Positions 28,314 through 41,535 of a stretch of 64,000 nucleotides of DNA are shown here, one piece after another. A program made the position numbers and the translations under genes. The stretch lies in NCBI RefSeq assembly GCF_018350175.1, contig NC_058368.1, forward strand, positions 186,684,001 to 186,748,000, written 5' to 3'. Origin of the DNA: Felis catus. Lineage: Eukaryota. Numbering within the stretch: the stretch's first letter is position 1; each line of letters opens with the position of its first letter. Under the pieces are notes generated by a model. That model saw only the letters and a list, made by a program, of their open reading frames with translations. It had not been told where the DNA came from and made no database searches.

Positions 28314-31300
28314 TGTTCTCCAATTAAACCTATCACTTATTTCTACGACAAGCAATGCTTATTAATTTAAAATTTATAAACACTTGTACAGAGTATATAC
28401 CATACTCTGTGGTTAAACCCATTTTATTTAATAAGCTTCCTTTTGGAAAAATGTGGAAAAATGTCTACAAATAAAAATATTATAAAACAATTTCCTGTGT
28501 TAGAAACAACTAAAAGTACTATGAATCCAACTCCTATTCCAAATATAATGCATCTAAATAAGATATAATTCTTATATTGGATAAATTGGAGCATAAATTA
28601 AATAGTACACTGTAAAGTAAGTAGTAAGTAACCAAGTGAGTAGGTCCATTAGATTTTGATAATATTGTGTCCTGGTGTAGTATTTATACTTTTTCAATGT
28701 GCTTCCTGTGATACCTCATTTAATTATCTCAAGAATAACCTGATAAATAGAAGGTAAATGTAATGAGGTAAATGTAAATGAGGTCTCTCTCAATCTTGGA
28801 GACCAAGATTTACTAACTATGATTCATTTCCCTTCGATTAGGTTTTTTCTAGAATGATAATCACAACCAAGGAGTTAAATTTTGAAAACATGTTTGTTCT
28901 GAGTGCCCATGTTGCCAGTAAACAAGGTTTAGTAAACAACAGAAAAAGTTTGTATGTACCATTTCATGGGCTTTCAAAGCAGCAGTAATACTTTGCCGCT
29001 TCAGGTGCTCTATTCCATTCTAGAAATTGAAATACAACACCACTAACATACTGCTCATACTGTTACCATGTTGTTAGATCAGTACTGGAAGTCAAGCCCA
29101 CCCTGTGGATTATTAGCATAGTCTTTAAGGGAAAGCATGCAATAGTTTTCAACTTGAAGACAAAGATTCACTTTTGAAAAGCTCCTGAAATATGATACTT
29201 ACCTACATTGCAAATATTTATTTCCTTTTCTCCTTTATAAAAATGTGTCAATAAATTAATGGTATATTTTGCAGTTGTTAAAATCTTAGATTTTAGGAAA
29301 TGTAGTAACAGTCCTAGTATCATGAGTACAATCCTTACTGAAAAAACTCTGAAAATATTATGAACTGTTGAAAAAAAGAAAGAAAACTGTGTGTTCCATG
29401 GGCACCTTTGGGAATTAAGGACTGGCATTAAATTTTTATTATCTATCTTTCCATTAGATTAAATTATTTTGTTTAAAAAAAAAAAGTTCCTCCAGCAAGT
29501 CTTGTGTTCCTAAACAAATTAGCAATTTTTTATGACCTCTGCTGAGAAGAGGTTTACAGAATTGCTTGATGCTGGTTTAATTTTGGCAAAGAGCACCAAG
29601 GGAGACCTAACAAAAATGGACCCTGACATAATTTTGAAGTCTCCTACAGCAATAAGCAAGCCGTCTCTTTGCCTCTTAATACTGCTACTAGCTTCTGCTG
29701 CAGAAAATTTCTGGAAGCTGGACCAGCTTCAGAGACCCCACAGCCAGTCTTTCTTGCAGAGGCACAAATACATGACTCCCTACAGGGGGGTAAGCCTCTC
29801 TGAATCCCAGAGCACAAGCCTGCTGACCCAGGTGCCACCCAGAGAGTGCCCATCCATAAGCAGTCCTCAGCAGTGAATACTGCTTTGTGGAGCATTTCAC
29901 ATTCCCTCACCCAAGAGCAGGGTAGTTTACTTCGGCAGTTGGGACAGTTGGTCCCCTGACACCAAACACATGGGCTGCATTCCTATGAAAGGCTTTTCTT
30001 GTTGCTCCCCTCATCACAGCCCGCTGCAGGATAACCCTAAACTTTGCCATAAGGGGCACAGATTTAGAAGGAACATCACAAGTGTGTTGATCATTCAGCA
30101 CGTTTATCAAACTCTTGCTCTTGGAGAGTTACCATCACTGTTAAGAGCACAGGCATACCTAGCTTCAGCAAACCTACTCAATTTTGAATTTGAGGCAGCC
30201 CCGAGTTCAAGCCCCATAATTCTCACTTATTAGACATGTCAGTCTAAGAAAGCTCTCTGAGCCTCAGTTTCCTCATCTGTAAAATAGGGCTTACTGTTCT
30301 ACCCTCAAAAAATAGTTTTAAGGATTGCAGGAGAAAGTACGTGGAAAGCAAGCATTAGTTAAGCGGCAACCTCATGAAAAGGATCACCATGACAGAACTC
30401 TGACTTTTCCCAGTTCCTTAAGTCTTGTTTCTAAATTCAGAGGAGCTATCTCTGTAATATTCTTTTAAATTGTGCGACATGATCAGAATGGATAGTACAT
30501 GGTACACATGGCATATGCTACTGAGTTTCAGAGGAGGTAAATGTTCCTTTAAATTCATGTTCAGGAAAAGCTCCACAGAATAAAAGACATATTCCATCTC
30601 AGGAAAAAGAGCAAGGAGCTCTACTGTTCACCCAGGGTATACATGGCTATGACAGAACAACAGTATTTTAACCCTCGAAAGAACATTAAAACATCTTCTC
30701 GTTTTATAAATGAAGAAACTGATACCCAGAGAGGTAGATTGACTAGTCCATGGACACACAGCAATTAAATAACAGAGACCTCAGTTCTCTGGCATAACCT
30801 GCCCATTGTGCAGCACTGCCTTTCACTCCTTGACTTGATAATACATAACAATTTGATCTGCATCCTTCCTCGATCCCTTGCATTTTCAATAAAGTATTCT
30901 GACAAGTGTTAGTAAACAGGAAACCATTCTGGTTCAATGGAAAGTATTCCATTCCTGCTCCTACCCACTATATAATATTTAGCAAGACATTTCTGAACTA
31001 ATATATTTTTAAAAGCTAATATTGGCCAAGTGTTTACGAGTGCTTTACTTGAATTTTCACTACCCACTGCCCCATAGTAACATTTTATACGGGGTTATCC
31101 TCAGACCACAACATCAAGCAAAACTTGAAGAAATAAAGAACCCCAGCCCATTCCAGGATTTAGTGAATGAGAATTTCTGATGACCTAACAATTTAAATTT
31201 TATCACATCCTCCAAATGACTCTGATGTTCATGAAAGCATGAAGCTTGTTGAGTAACTAGATACTCTTACAGTCCCCTAAAATTTTACCAATGACAAAAG

Positions 31301-32035
31301 CTGAGGTCCACAGAGAAGTAACATTCAGTCACACAGCTAGTAAGTTGCATTCCTGGGATTTGAATCCAGGTAGTTGTTGTTGTTGTTGTTTGAAGGTTTT
31401 TAGTATTTGACACAGAGCCTAGCTGGTATTTTATTCTTTAGCAAAGCATGAGCTTAGATCTGATGTTCTTTCCCATCTCCCTAAATTCCTAACTTATTTC
31501 CTAACTCAACTTGTAGCCTATGTTTTGTAAAATTTAATCATTTACTGTCTACCATCATCTGCAAATCTCAGAGCCATGGGTCATTTGGTATTAAAATGGA
31601 ACAGAGAGATGTTCGACAAGGCTGTGTCAGATTAACAGCAGTTTCCCAACAAGGGTTGGGTTGTGAGAGTGGATGGTGCATTTGGCAAATTCTCACTGGG
31701 GTAATTCAGCATGTAATCAGCTAAATGTAGAGAAGCTGTCAGCCACCACTGTAGAGAGATCCCTGGTTGAAGTTGATTTAGATCACTCCCTCTCCAGTTC
31801 AGTCTCCCCCTGGCAGGGGTGCTAGCTGGTGCCTTGATTGTGATTAATTCAGTATTCTGAAAGGAGAGCACAAAAAACACTACAAATTAACTCCTCCACC
31901 CCTTTACTGTATAGAGACCTTGAACATTTGGCTTAGCAGACTTGGGGAGTTACCCAGGGTCCTTAGAAGATTCTTTTTTTTTTAATCCTACACTTATGGA
32001 CTTTGAATTTTAAGGGATCTAAGAGATGATCTAAC

Positions 32036-32200
32036 CTGGTGCTTCTCAATCTTTAATGTGCACAAAAGCTATCTAGGTATCTTGCTAAAGTGCAGGTTCT
32101 TATTCTGTAGGTCTAGGATGAGGCTTGAGATTCTGCATTTCTAACAAACTTCCTAGAAATGCCAAAGCTGTTGATCTCTGGACCACACTGAATAACAAGG
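32036..32200. mobile_element. MER5A1-like DNA transposon fossil
   Basis: gtaggtctaggatgaggcttgagattctgcatttctaacaaacttcctag...ggaccacactgaataacaagg. Confidence 0.7.
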
Positions 32201-33276
32201 ACCTAGCCCAGAGAATGCAAATGAGTTCCAACCCTGAAGGAGTAGTGGCTGCTGCCTTAAGAACTAGACTGAAGGTTCTAGAGATGACTCGGACCAGTTG
32301 GCAAATTCGCCTGGTTTGTGCCTATCTCAGCCTTAAGAATAGGAAACTCCACCTCAAAATAATTTTTTGCTGTTTTTAATTAACGCTTCCTTTTACTTTT
32401 AGGTGCATTTTTGTTCCTTTTTTTCGTTGACATATAATTGACCTAACATGATACTAATTTCAGGTATACAACGTAATGATTGTTATTTGTATATATTGCA
32501 AAACGATTATCAAGATAAGTCCAGTTAACTAACATACATCACCATACATACTTACATTTTTTTTATTGTGATGTCTCTGTTTTATATGTAAACACTGAAA
32601 TCCAGAAATGTCAGTGACTTGCTCAGGGTCAACTAAGCTAGTTAGTGGTAGACCTCAGACTAACTAAAACTGGAACATAAACCTAGGTTTCTCTCTCTCA
32701 GTTGCACAACTTGATCACAGATTGTATGTGAAGCTGTTTTAAAATATCTTTTCTCAGCTCTATCATTGGCAGAGAAAGCCACAGAGTAGAATTTGGATTC
32801 AAGAAACCAGGACACTGAGCCTAGCTCAGCCTCTGGAAAGTTCTGCAACTTGGGGAAAAGAATTTCTCTGTGCCTTAGTTTTGTTAATCCATAAGATAAG
32901 ATCTTGCCTGGCCTTTCAAATTCATTCTGACTTGTAGAATGAGATGAAATAAAAGATATGCCAGCCATTTGATAAAACATAAGTGACTTAAATAAATGGA
33001 GGGCATTTTTATTAAAATTGCTGTAGGATAACATTAAACTATTCTTACAGGATTATTGATTTTGGAAAGGTGTCTCTATACTTCTATATATCTATATATG
33101 AGGTATAAACATGTATCTTATATATATTTACATATATAAAAATATATATGAATTATACATGATGTTACTGTTGTCCTAGGTTGAGTTTTATCACAGTATT
33201 GAAATTATTATTTTTAATTTTATTAATGAGACTTTTTTGATTTTCTACCCACCTTTAATATATTTGGTCTATGCAT

Positions 33277-33499
33277 GGGGCACCTGGGTGGCTCAGTCAG
33301 TTAAGCATCTGACTTCAGCTTAGGTCATGATCTCACAAGTTGTGACTTCAAGCCCCACATCCGGCTCTGTGCTGACAGCTCGGAGCCTGGAGCCTGCTTC
33401 AGATTCTGTGTCTCCCTCTCTCTCTGCCCCTCCCCCACTCATGCTCTGTCTCTGTCTCTCAAAAATAACTGTTAAAAAAATTTTTTTAAATAAAAAAAT
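33277..33499 (+). mobile_element. Can-SINE (SINEC_Fc-like)
   Basis: Full SINE; 18-bp TSD atatatttggtctatgca (33258-33275 / 33500-33517). Confidence 0.94.
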
Positions 33500-34277
33500 A
33501 TATATTTGGTCTATGCAAAGCAGGCATAGAAGTAGGGGAAGTGAGAGAGAGACAGAGAGAGAGACACAGAGATGGAGATAGAGATCAAGCAAGCCAGCCA
33601 AAATATTGTCAGTTATACCTTGTTCTGGGCTGCCAGTATGTAACAGGCTCCATGTTTCTTCATTCATATCCAGAAGGAAAGGTGGAGACTTCCCCCACCA
33701 AAAGCCTCACCAAACCTTTCTTTTCTTTTTTATTGGTTCAGTTGACTTAATGCCTTCCCATTCCTGAACCAATCACTGGCAAGGGGAGGGGAAATACCAA
33801 GGCTGGTTTAAAGCAGTCAGGCCTACACCTGAAACACAGGATCAGTCTCTCCTGTTGTTACAATGGGTGGGATAGATTCAATTACAAACTACTGCAGAGG
33901 GCTAATGGGGAAAGATAAATAATTAGTTTTACCTATGTAAGACAGTGAATTTATACTTTCTTTCCCAGTTGAGGAATGTTAAAGTTGTAAGTATGGTAGC
34001 AACGGTTACCTTTTGTTACACACCTAATTGCATGCCAGACATGACAATGGGCTCCTTAAATACGTTACCTCAATCTTAAATGAAAGCTATCATATAATGT
34101 AGCTTTATTTTAAAGATGATGTGGTATAAATTCATTTTAAAGATGAAAAAACTGACACTCAACTAAGCTTTTGAACTTGACCAAGGACATAGCAGCTAAT
34201 CAGCAGGGAAGCTAGAATACAAAGCTGATTTCAAAACTCATGCTTTCAAGACTTAATTATGTACATGTGTGTATATG

Positions 34278-34317
<40 letters not shown>

Positions 34318-34627
34318 GTGTGGGTGCAAACTCTCCATTCCCCAAATTTGACTGATCTTGTTGGCAAACAACAAAATGTATCTTTTGCATTGCCTCTTGC
34401 CTCTGCCCACTGTAAGGATGAAGAACCAAACAAAATTAAGCATTAGGAAGAAATATTATTCACAGTTTCTTTTATTAGTCCTGTGAATAATGAGGTCTCA
34501 ACATTAGACACTTTCCTGGAAGACTGAAACTAGAAGATTCACACAGCCCAAAAGCAATAGGAAGCTCCCTGCCAAAGGACTATAGCAGAGAGTAGCACAT
34601 GTATATTGCTACATTCATTTCTTTCTT

Positions 34628-35049
34628 TTTTTTTTTAATTTAAATTCAAGTTAATTAACATATAGTGTATTCTCAGCTTTGGAAGTAGAATCCAATGATT
34701 CATCTCTTACATATGACACCTAGTGCTCATCCCGAAAAGTGCCCTTCTTCATGCTCATCACCCATTCAACCCATCTCCCCCCTCCAACCTCCCCTCCAGC
34801 AACCCTCAGTTTGTTCTCTGTATTTAAGAGCCTTTAAGGTTTGCCTTCCTCTCTGTTTTTATTTTATTTTTCCTACCTTTCTCCTATGCTTATCTGTTGA
34901 GTTTCTCAAATTTCGCATATGAGTGAAATCATATGATATCTGTCTTTCTTGGACTGACTTACTTCGCTTAGGATAATACCCTCTAGTTCCGTCCACATTG
35001 TTGCAAATGGCAAGATTTCATTATTTTTCGTCACTGAGTAGCATTCCAT

Positions 35050-35090
<41 letters not shown>

Positions 35091-35617
35091 ATACCACATC
35101 TTCTTTATCCATTCATCAGTCGATGGACATTTGGGCTCTTGCCATAAATTGGCTATTGTTGATAGGGCTGCTATAAGCATTGGGATGCATGTGCCCCTTC
35201 AAATCAGCTTTTTTGTATCCTTTGGATAAATTCCCAGTGGTACAATTGCTGGGTCATAAGGTAGTTTCTATTTTTAATTTTTTAAGGAACCTCTATACTG
35301 TTTTCCAGAGTGGCTGCAATAAAGAGTTAGTATCCAAAATCTACAAAGAACTTACCAAGCTAAATATCCAAAAAAGAACCCAGTAAAGAAATGGGAAGAA
35401 GACATGAATAGAACTTTTTTGAAGAATATATCCAGATGGCTAATAGATATATGAAAAGATGCTCAACATCCCTCATCATCAGGGAAATACAAATCAAAAC
35501 CGCCATGAGATACCACCTCCTACCTGTCAGAATGGCAAAAATTAACAACTCAGGCAGCAACATATGTTGGCAAGGACACAGAGAAAAGGGAACCCCTTTG
35601 CACTGTTGGTGGGAATG
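34628..35617 (-). mobile_element. Carnivore L1, 5'-truncated with 5' inversion (twin priming)
   Basis: Minus-strand 3' end at 34628-35318, inverted + strand ORF2 piece at 35319-35617 ([23 protein letters not shown]...HCWWEC). TSD cattcatt(t)c/gtttctt at 34612-34627 / 35618-35633. Confidence 0.9.
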
Positions 35618-36105
35618 CATTCATTTGTTTCTTAAAGAGTAATTGAGCACATGCTGTGTGTCATCCTCTGTCACCACTTCCAAGGCTGTTTTATGTCAGA
35701 AACCGGTTTACCATCCTAAACCTCTTCTGACTGTGGTATAACACAAGTTCAATTCCTTTACCCACTTACTCTATAATTAAAGTTACTGTTCTGTGAATTT
35801 ATCGTATAGGGCACTGTGAATCATCTCATTAAATCCTTGCAGTCACCCAAAAGGTATATATCATAGAATGATTTTACATTTTGCAGTTGATAAACAACCA
35901 TTTTACAGTTGATAAAACTGAGGCTCAGAAAGGTTAAATATCTTTGTGACCTTGTCTTTAACCCAGAGTGTTTCTATCTCAAGCAGTATAGCTTCAGAGC
36001 CCACTAATGCCTCAGCCCAAGAGAAGATGAATGCTTATAGGTTTACCCTGAGAGTTCTTAGAGTCTAGGGTTAAAGAGTTTGGATATCTGTGCTAGTCTG
36101 TTTTA

Positions 36106-36298
36106 CTTTATTTTATTATGTTTATTCATTTTTGAGAGAGAGAGCATGAGCAGGGGAGGGACAGAGAGATAGAGGGGGACAGAGGATCTGAAGGAGGCTC
36201 TGCACTGACGGCAGAGGTCCCAATGTGGGGCTCAAACTCACAGACCGTGGGATCATGACTTGAGCTGAAGTCGGACACTCACCCGACTGAGGCACCCC
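36106..36298 (-). mobile_element. Can-SINE
   Basis: TSD tgtgctagtctgtttta / tgtgctagcctgtttta (36089 / 36299). Confidence 0.9.
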
Positions 36299-36326
36299 TG
36301 TGCTAGCCTGTTTTAAAATCTAACAT

Positions 36327-36534
36327 GGGGCACCTGGGTGGCTCAGTCGGTTGAGTGTCCAACTTCAGCTCAGGTCATGATCTCTCAGTTCGTGAGTTCG
36401 AGCCCCGTGTTGGGCTCTGTGCTGACAGATCAGAGCCTGGAGCCTGCTTTGGATTCTGTGTCTCCCTCTGTCTACCCCTCCCCTGCTCATGCTCTCTCTC
36501 TCAATCTCTCTCTCAAAAATAAAAACATTTAAAA
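36327..36534 (+). mobile_element. Can-SINE
   Basis: TSD taaaatctaaca (36314-36325 / 36535-36546). Confidence 0.92.
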
Positions 36535-37081
36535 TAAAATCTAACACGAATCCCTCTCATTTCACATAGTGATTCTTCCTAAAATGACATCAAAGATAGG
36601 AGGAAAGGTCCTAAAGGAAAAGATGAGATCCCTCAAGCTGTCTAACTTGGCACTTATTGAATGTAATGTTGTGTAGACATAGGAGGTTCCCCTGTCTATC
36701 TTTCCCCTTTCTTCCTCTTCCTATGTCTGATAGGCCTGACTCTCCCTTTATAAAGGCCTAGTGCTACATTTATCCTCCCCATCTCTGAGCTCAGGCCTTA
36801 ATCTCTTACTCGGCCAGTGCTTCTGCCCTATTCTTGTCACTGTTCCTTCAGATGAATGGTGCACACTTATATTTCCTAAGTTGACCCCCTTCAAAACAAT
36901 AGGGCATTTCACTCTCTACAGGGAACGTGTAAGTCCTCGTGTACCATCAACCTTAAATGTGGTGACTCTGAAATAGGACTGTCTGGGTTCAAATCTCAGA
37001 TCCCTTATTTACTCATTGTGTTACTTTCTGCAAGTGTCTTAAAATTTTAGAGCCTCAGCAGGCTTATCTATGAAATGAGAG

Positions 37082-37303
37082 GTTTTTTTTATTTTTTTTA
37101 ACGTTTTATTTATTTTTGAGACAGAGAGAGACAGAGCATGAACGGGGGAGGGGCAGAGAGAGAGGGAGACACAGAATCGTCAGCAGGCTCCAGGCTCCGA
37201 GCCATCAGCCCAGAGCCCGACGCGGGGCTCAAACTCACGGACCATGAGATCGTGACCTGAGCTGAAGTCGGACGTTTAACTGACTGAGCCACCCAGGCGC
37301 CCC
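37082..37303 (-). mobile_element. Young Can-SINE inserted in a MIR (~36960-37410)
   Basis: CpG-rich SINE; TSD tgaaatgagag. Confidence 0.93.
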
Positions 37304-39831
37304 TGAAATGAGAGTTAATAAGAACACCTACTGCAAAGGACTGTGCTGAGGAATACATGCCGTCATCCATATAGAATGTTTATAACTTACTGCCTGGAAT
37401 GTAGTGTACAGATATGCCCGATTCTAAATATTGACTAAAAATATTAACTGCTAATTTAACAGATACTTCTTGAGTCCCTACCACACATGCCCTTTGCCCT
37501 CACAGGGACCACATCTTAAAGGGAGGATATACTTTCAGTAAACATTTATGGAAATAATACATAAGTGATAATAAATGCAGTGAAGGAAATTTCTATATTA
37601 CTATGAGAGTATGTCTCAGAGGAACTGACAGAGTGGGGTATGTTAAGGAAGACTCCCAATGGAAGGAACATTTGAACTGAACTGTGAAAGATGCAAGATA
37701 TGTAAGAGTGAGGAAGGATGAATATGGATCCTCCTACTCCCTATTATCTGTGACGCAAATGTTAGAAATTCCTTGGTCCTATTCCAACAGCTGCATATTA
37801 TTCAGTAATAGTAATGTTCTATTAAGAAACGGTCTGGAGCTTATAAATACTTTTGTTGTAATTAGATATTTGCCATTCATATTTGTTATGAAGACATTTG
37901 TTCTATAGTCAGACTTCTCTTAGTATCAGTTATTTTTCCTTTGTTGTATACAGTGGGTACATGCTTAAAACTACACACTGTAAGTTATTTTGTCTATACC
38001 CCCTTTTAAGTACTGCTGAGTTGGTCTCTACCGGTGTAATTTTTTTAAGCACAGCTACTACATCCAGTGCTAGTTAATGCTAAACATGTGTCTCCACTCC
38101 CACTCGTAGGATTCAGTAATCACTGTGAATCCACATACCCTCCCCATCCAGCCTACCTCTGTTCCAGGCACCCATTTCAGCAACACTTTCATGGCCCCTG
38201 CCATTCAAGAACCAAACTAAACTCTAAATCCGTAGAAGCCAAGGTCACTGGCTGTGTTCCTTGCATCTCTGTGGAGTTGAATATGTTGCTCCTTTCTGTT
38301 ACCCTTTTGCTATATGTTCCCTGGAATCCTGCCCATCTGGTCCACATTAGATCAGCTTTCTGGCTTCTTAGCTACATTAAATGAAAGACAATTAGAGGTT
38401 GTGGGTAAGGTTCTGTGGAGGGAATAAGTGTCTCTAATACATATGAGTGGAGGTGATATAGTTTGTTTATTTTTGTTTTTCTCAAGTAGTCTAATTCTCT
38501 TTTTGAGTCAATATCTTCCAGGGAGAAGGAACTATCAGATTTTTAACTACATTAAAATTTTGGTGCCTTCACTAAGGAGGACAGAAATTAACCTTGAGTT
38601 CTTTGCTTTTAGATGAAAGATAGAAGCAGACGGTAATTTCCCTCTGACACAGAAATAAGGCAATGGCAATGGGTGGTTCTGTATGCCCTACCCCCATCCT
38701 CATTAGCTTATGGGACAAGGTTGGGTGAGTTTCAAAACCCAATAACAAGAGAAAACCATGGGTCTCCCAATGACCTAGGGTAATTATGGATCACACAACC
38801 TTTAAGCCAATCATAACCTGCCATTAAGTCTTGAAATTTAACCTGATCAATTGCCTCATCTATCACTCACTGTCCTGGGCTGTGGAATATTATGAAGAGC
38901 AAGGGCATTTAGCTGGAAAAGTCCCCCCTTTTCTCTTTTAGGGACATGCACTGTCATCACCCTGTGTAAGCCCTACAGGGAAAATGTAGTTCTTCTTTGC
39001 TAAAGGCTACCCATTCCTCCTCCCCCTACCCTGTGCAAGAAACTCTTGACTGGCATGTTTGCAGCCTTGTGGGAGGAAACCAAAACAAATGTCCTCTGTG
39101 GTATTAGTTAAAAATGGGTTGGGAAATTGTGAATTACGAGTTACATGGTGTGTATAAAAATCTTACCAAGTCATCACCCATAATGCATTGAGTTGTATGA
39201 ACCAGCTAATAAAAAGATTAGATCAATTGTTTACCTCCAGCTTGGGACCTCAGTCAATTATTCAAATGGAAATTGAACTGGAACAAACTTTTATCTCTCA
39301 GGACCTGAGTTTCCAAGTGTTAAAAGTTCTTTGAGTTATCAGAATTAAATGGACAAATTCTCACATCTGCCTCTCTGAAATGTATCAAAATAAGACTGTG
39401 TTTATAGAAGCTCATTTAAAACTTGCCTCTATTCTACTCATCCTAAGGAACTGTAGTAATTCAAGACAAGTCCCTCCTTTGGATGGAAGAAATGTCCATT
39501 AGAATTAGTAGATTTTGAATACACTTTCCATCACTTTTTCCTCCTTCAGAGAATTTCAGTATGATTCCAATCTTTTATGTTTTTCCATACAATTAAAACA
39601 ACTCCTGACTTTCAACTTTAGTTGAAACTAGTAGCTTTATTTATTAAATTAGAAAGAACCCAGAAAGAATTCTGTCAACCTTCCAAAACAAATTAGTCCA
39701 TTCATCATATATTTTATTAATTGTACTTTATTATTATTAAATGTAACAATTTGTAGCCTCATTTCCCCTAAATTTAGCATCCATCCTTCTATCTCAATCC
39801 AAATATTATTTGTAAAAATACATGATCTCTA

Positions 39832-40021
39832 GGGCACCTGGGTGGCTCAGTCAGTTAGGCCTCTGTCTATTGATTTTGCCTCAGGTCATGATCTCACGGT
39901 GGTGAGATCAAGCCCTGCATCTGGCTCCACTCTGCAAACCTGCTTGGTATTCTTTCTCTCCCTCTCCCTTTGCCCCTCCCTACCTCAAAAAATAAAAATA
40001 AATTAATTAATTAATTAATTA

Positions 40022-40058
<37 letters not shown>
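39832..40058 (+). mobile_element. Older Can-SINE with (TTAA)n/(TAAA)n tail
   Basis: gggcacctgggtggctcagtcagttagg...; TSD aaaa(t/c)acatgatct. Confidence 0.9.
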
Positions 40059-40060
<2 letters not shown>

Positions 40061-40320
40061 AACACATGATCTGTTATTTGCATACCATTCTTAATCAATT
40101 GCACATAAACTAATACATACATAGAAAGGAATCATTTTCCACAATAAATAAATTTGATTCTGTGAAAGTAAAAGAAATGAAAGAGATTAAGCCACAAAAA
40201 TTGGGAAGGCTACTTATGAAGTTCAAAGACAGAGAGATACTGCAGAATTTCACAGCAAGGCGCTACAATGTGGTTAGGAAAACAAATACAATACTAGCAC
40301 TGGATCAAGATCACAGTTTT

Positions 40321-40530
40321 TAAGTTTGTTTAATGTTTGTTTATTTTTGAGAGAGAGACAGAGCATGAGTGGGGGGAGGAGCAGAGACAGAGGGAGACAC
40401 AGAATCCAAAGCAGGCTCCAGGCTCTGAGGTGTCAGCACAGAGCCTGACGCAGGGCTTGAACTCACCAACCATGAGATCATGACCTGAGCCAAAGTCGCA
40501 CACTTAACCGACTGAGCCACCCAGGGGTCC
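40321..40530 (-). mobile_element. Can-SINE
   Basis: TSD caagatcacagtttt (40306-40320 / 40531-40545). Confidence 0.93.
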
Positions 40531-41494
40531 CAAGATCACAGTTTTGAAGGACACTCCAGGACTATAGGATTTTTGCTAGGCAGAATTTCTCTATGCATTA
40601 TTCCTATGTTATTTAATAATTTTTAAAGGCGATAAAGCAGTTCATAAGTATAGATTAAGTGAAACTTAAAGGCAAAGTTTTTATAAATTGAATCTAAAAT
40701 GACTGATGTAGCATCCCATGGGATGAACCCTTAGGTGTGATTTTGACCACAATAGTGAAGCTTAAAATTTTGGATTTAAATGTCCTTTAGGCAGCCCTCT
40801 ATTCGTCTAGTTCACTACAGGGCCAACTTTTTCCTATTCTCCATGACACCTGCTTCATACTTTTATATGATCTCTCTAGCCAATTTTGAATGTGTGATCC
40901 TAGACTTAATCTAATCCTCTAGTAATTCCATTTAGCAAGTTTTATTTTGAATACTTAGTACCAACTCTAGCAGTCAGCATTAGGGACACATAAGCAATGG
41001 GATACAGTCGCTGCTTACATGTTTGCCATTATGGGGGAAATGAGGGCTCAGTTGGTAATAGCCAGAGGATTAACCCCCTGGTAGAGGGGGTTAGCAAAGG
41101 CTGTCCTAAATCCACCTGGACTTCCTTGAACAAGAACACTGAGGCCCAGAACAATCCAACTTTAGAACTGGCTCTCACTGCTGAGGTCAGTGTTCTTTCC
41201 ACTCTTCTTATAGGTATTGAGAGGGGCAGGAACCCATATGAGAAGGACCAAAAAGAGCACAAGCATTAGTTCATTTGCTGGCTCATGCTTGCTGAAGGTC
41301 TTCTCACTAGTGATCCTGTATTAATCATAATTTTTATGAAAGCTTTATCTTCTAGCCTTGGCTATGAGAAAAATCATATCCTTCTCTTTCTGCTCCTGAG
41401 ATATACTTATTTCCTCTAAAAAATTCACTATCACTTGAAATAATAACTTAACACCTCACTGAACTCACTTGATTCACCCATTTATCCAGATGGA

Positions 41495-41535
<41 letters not shown>

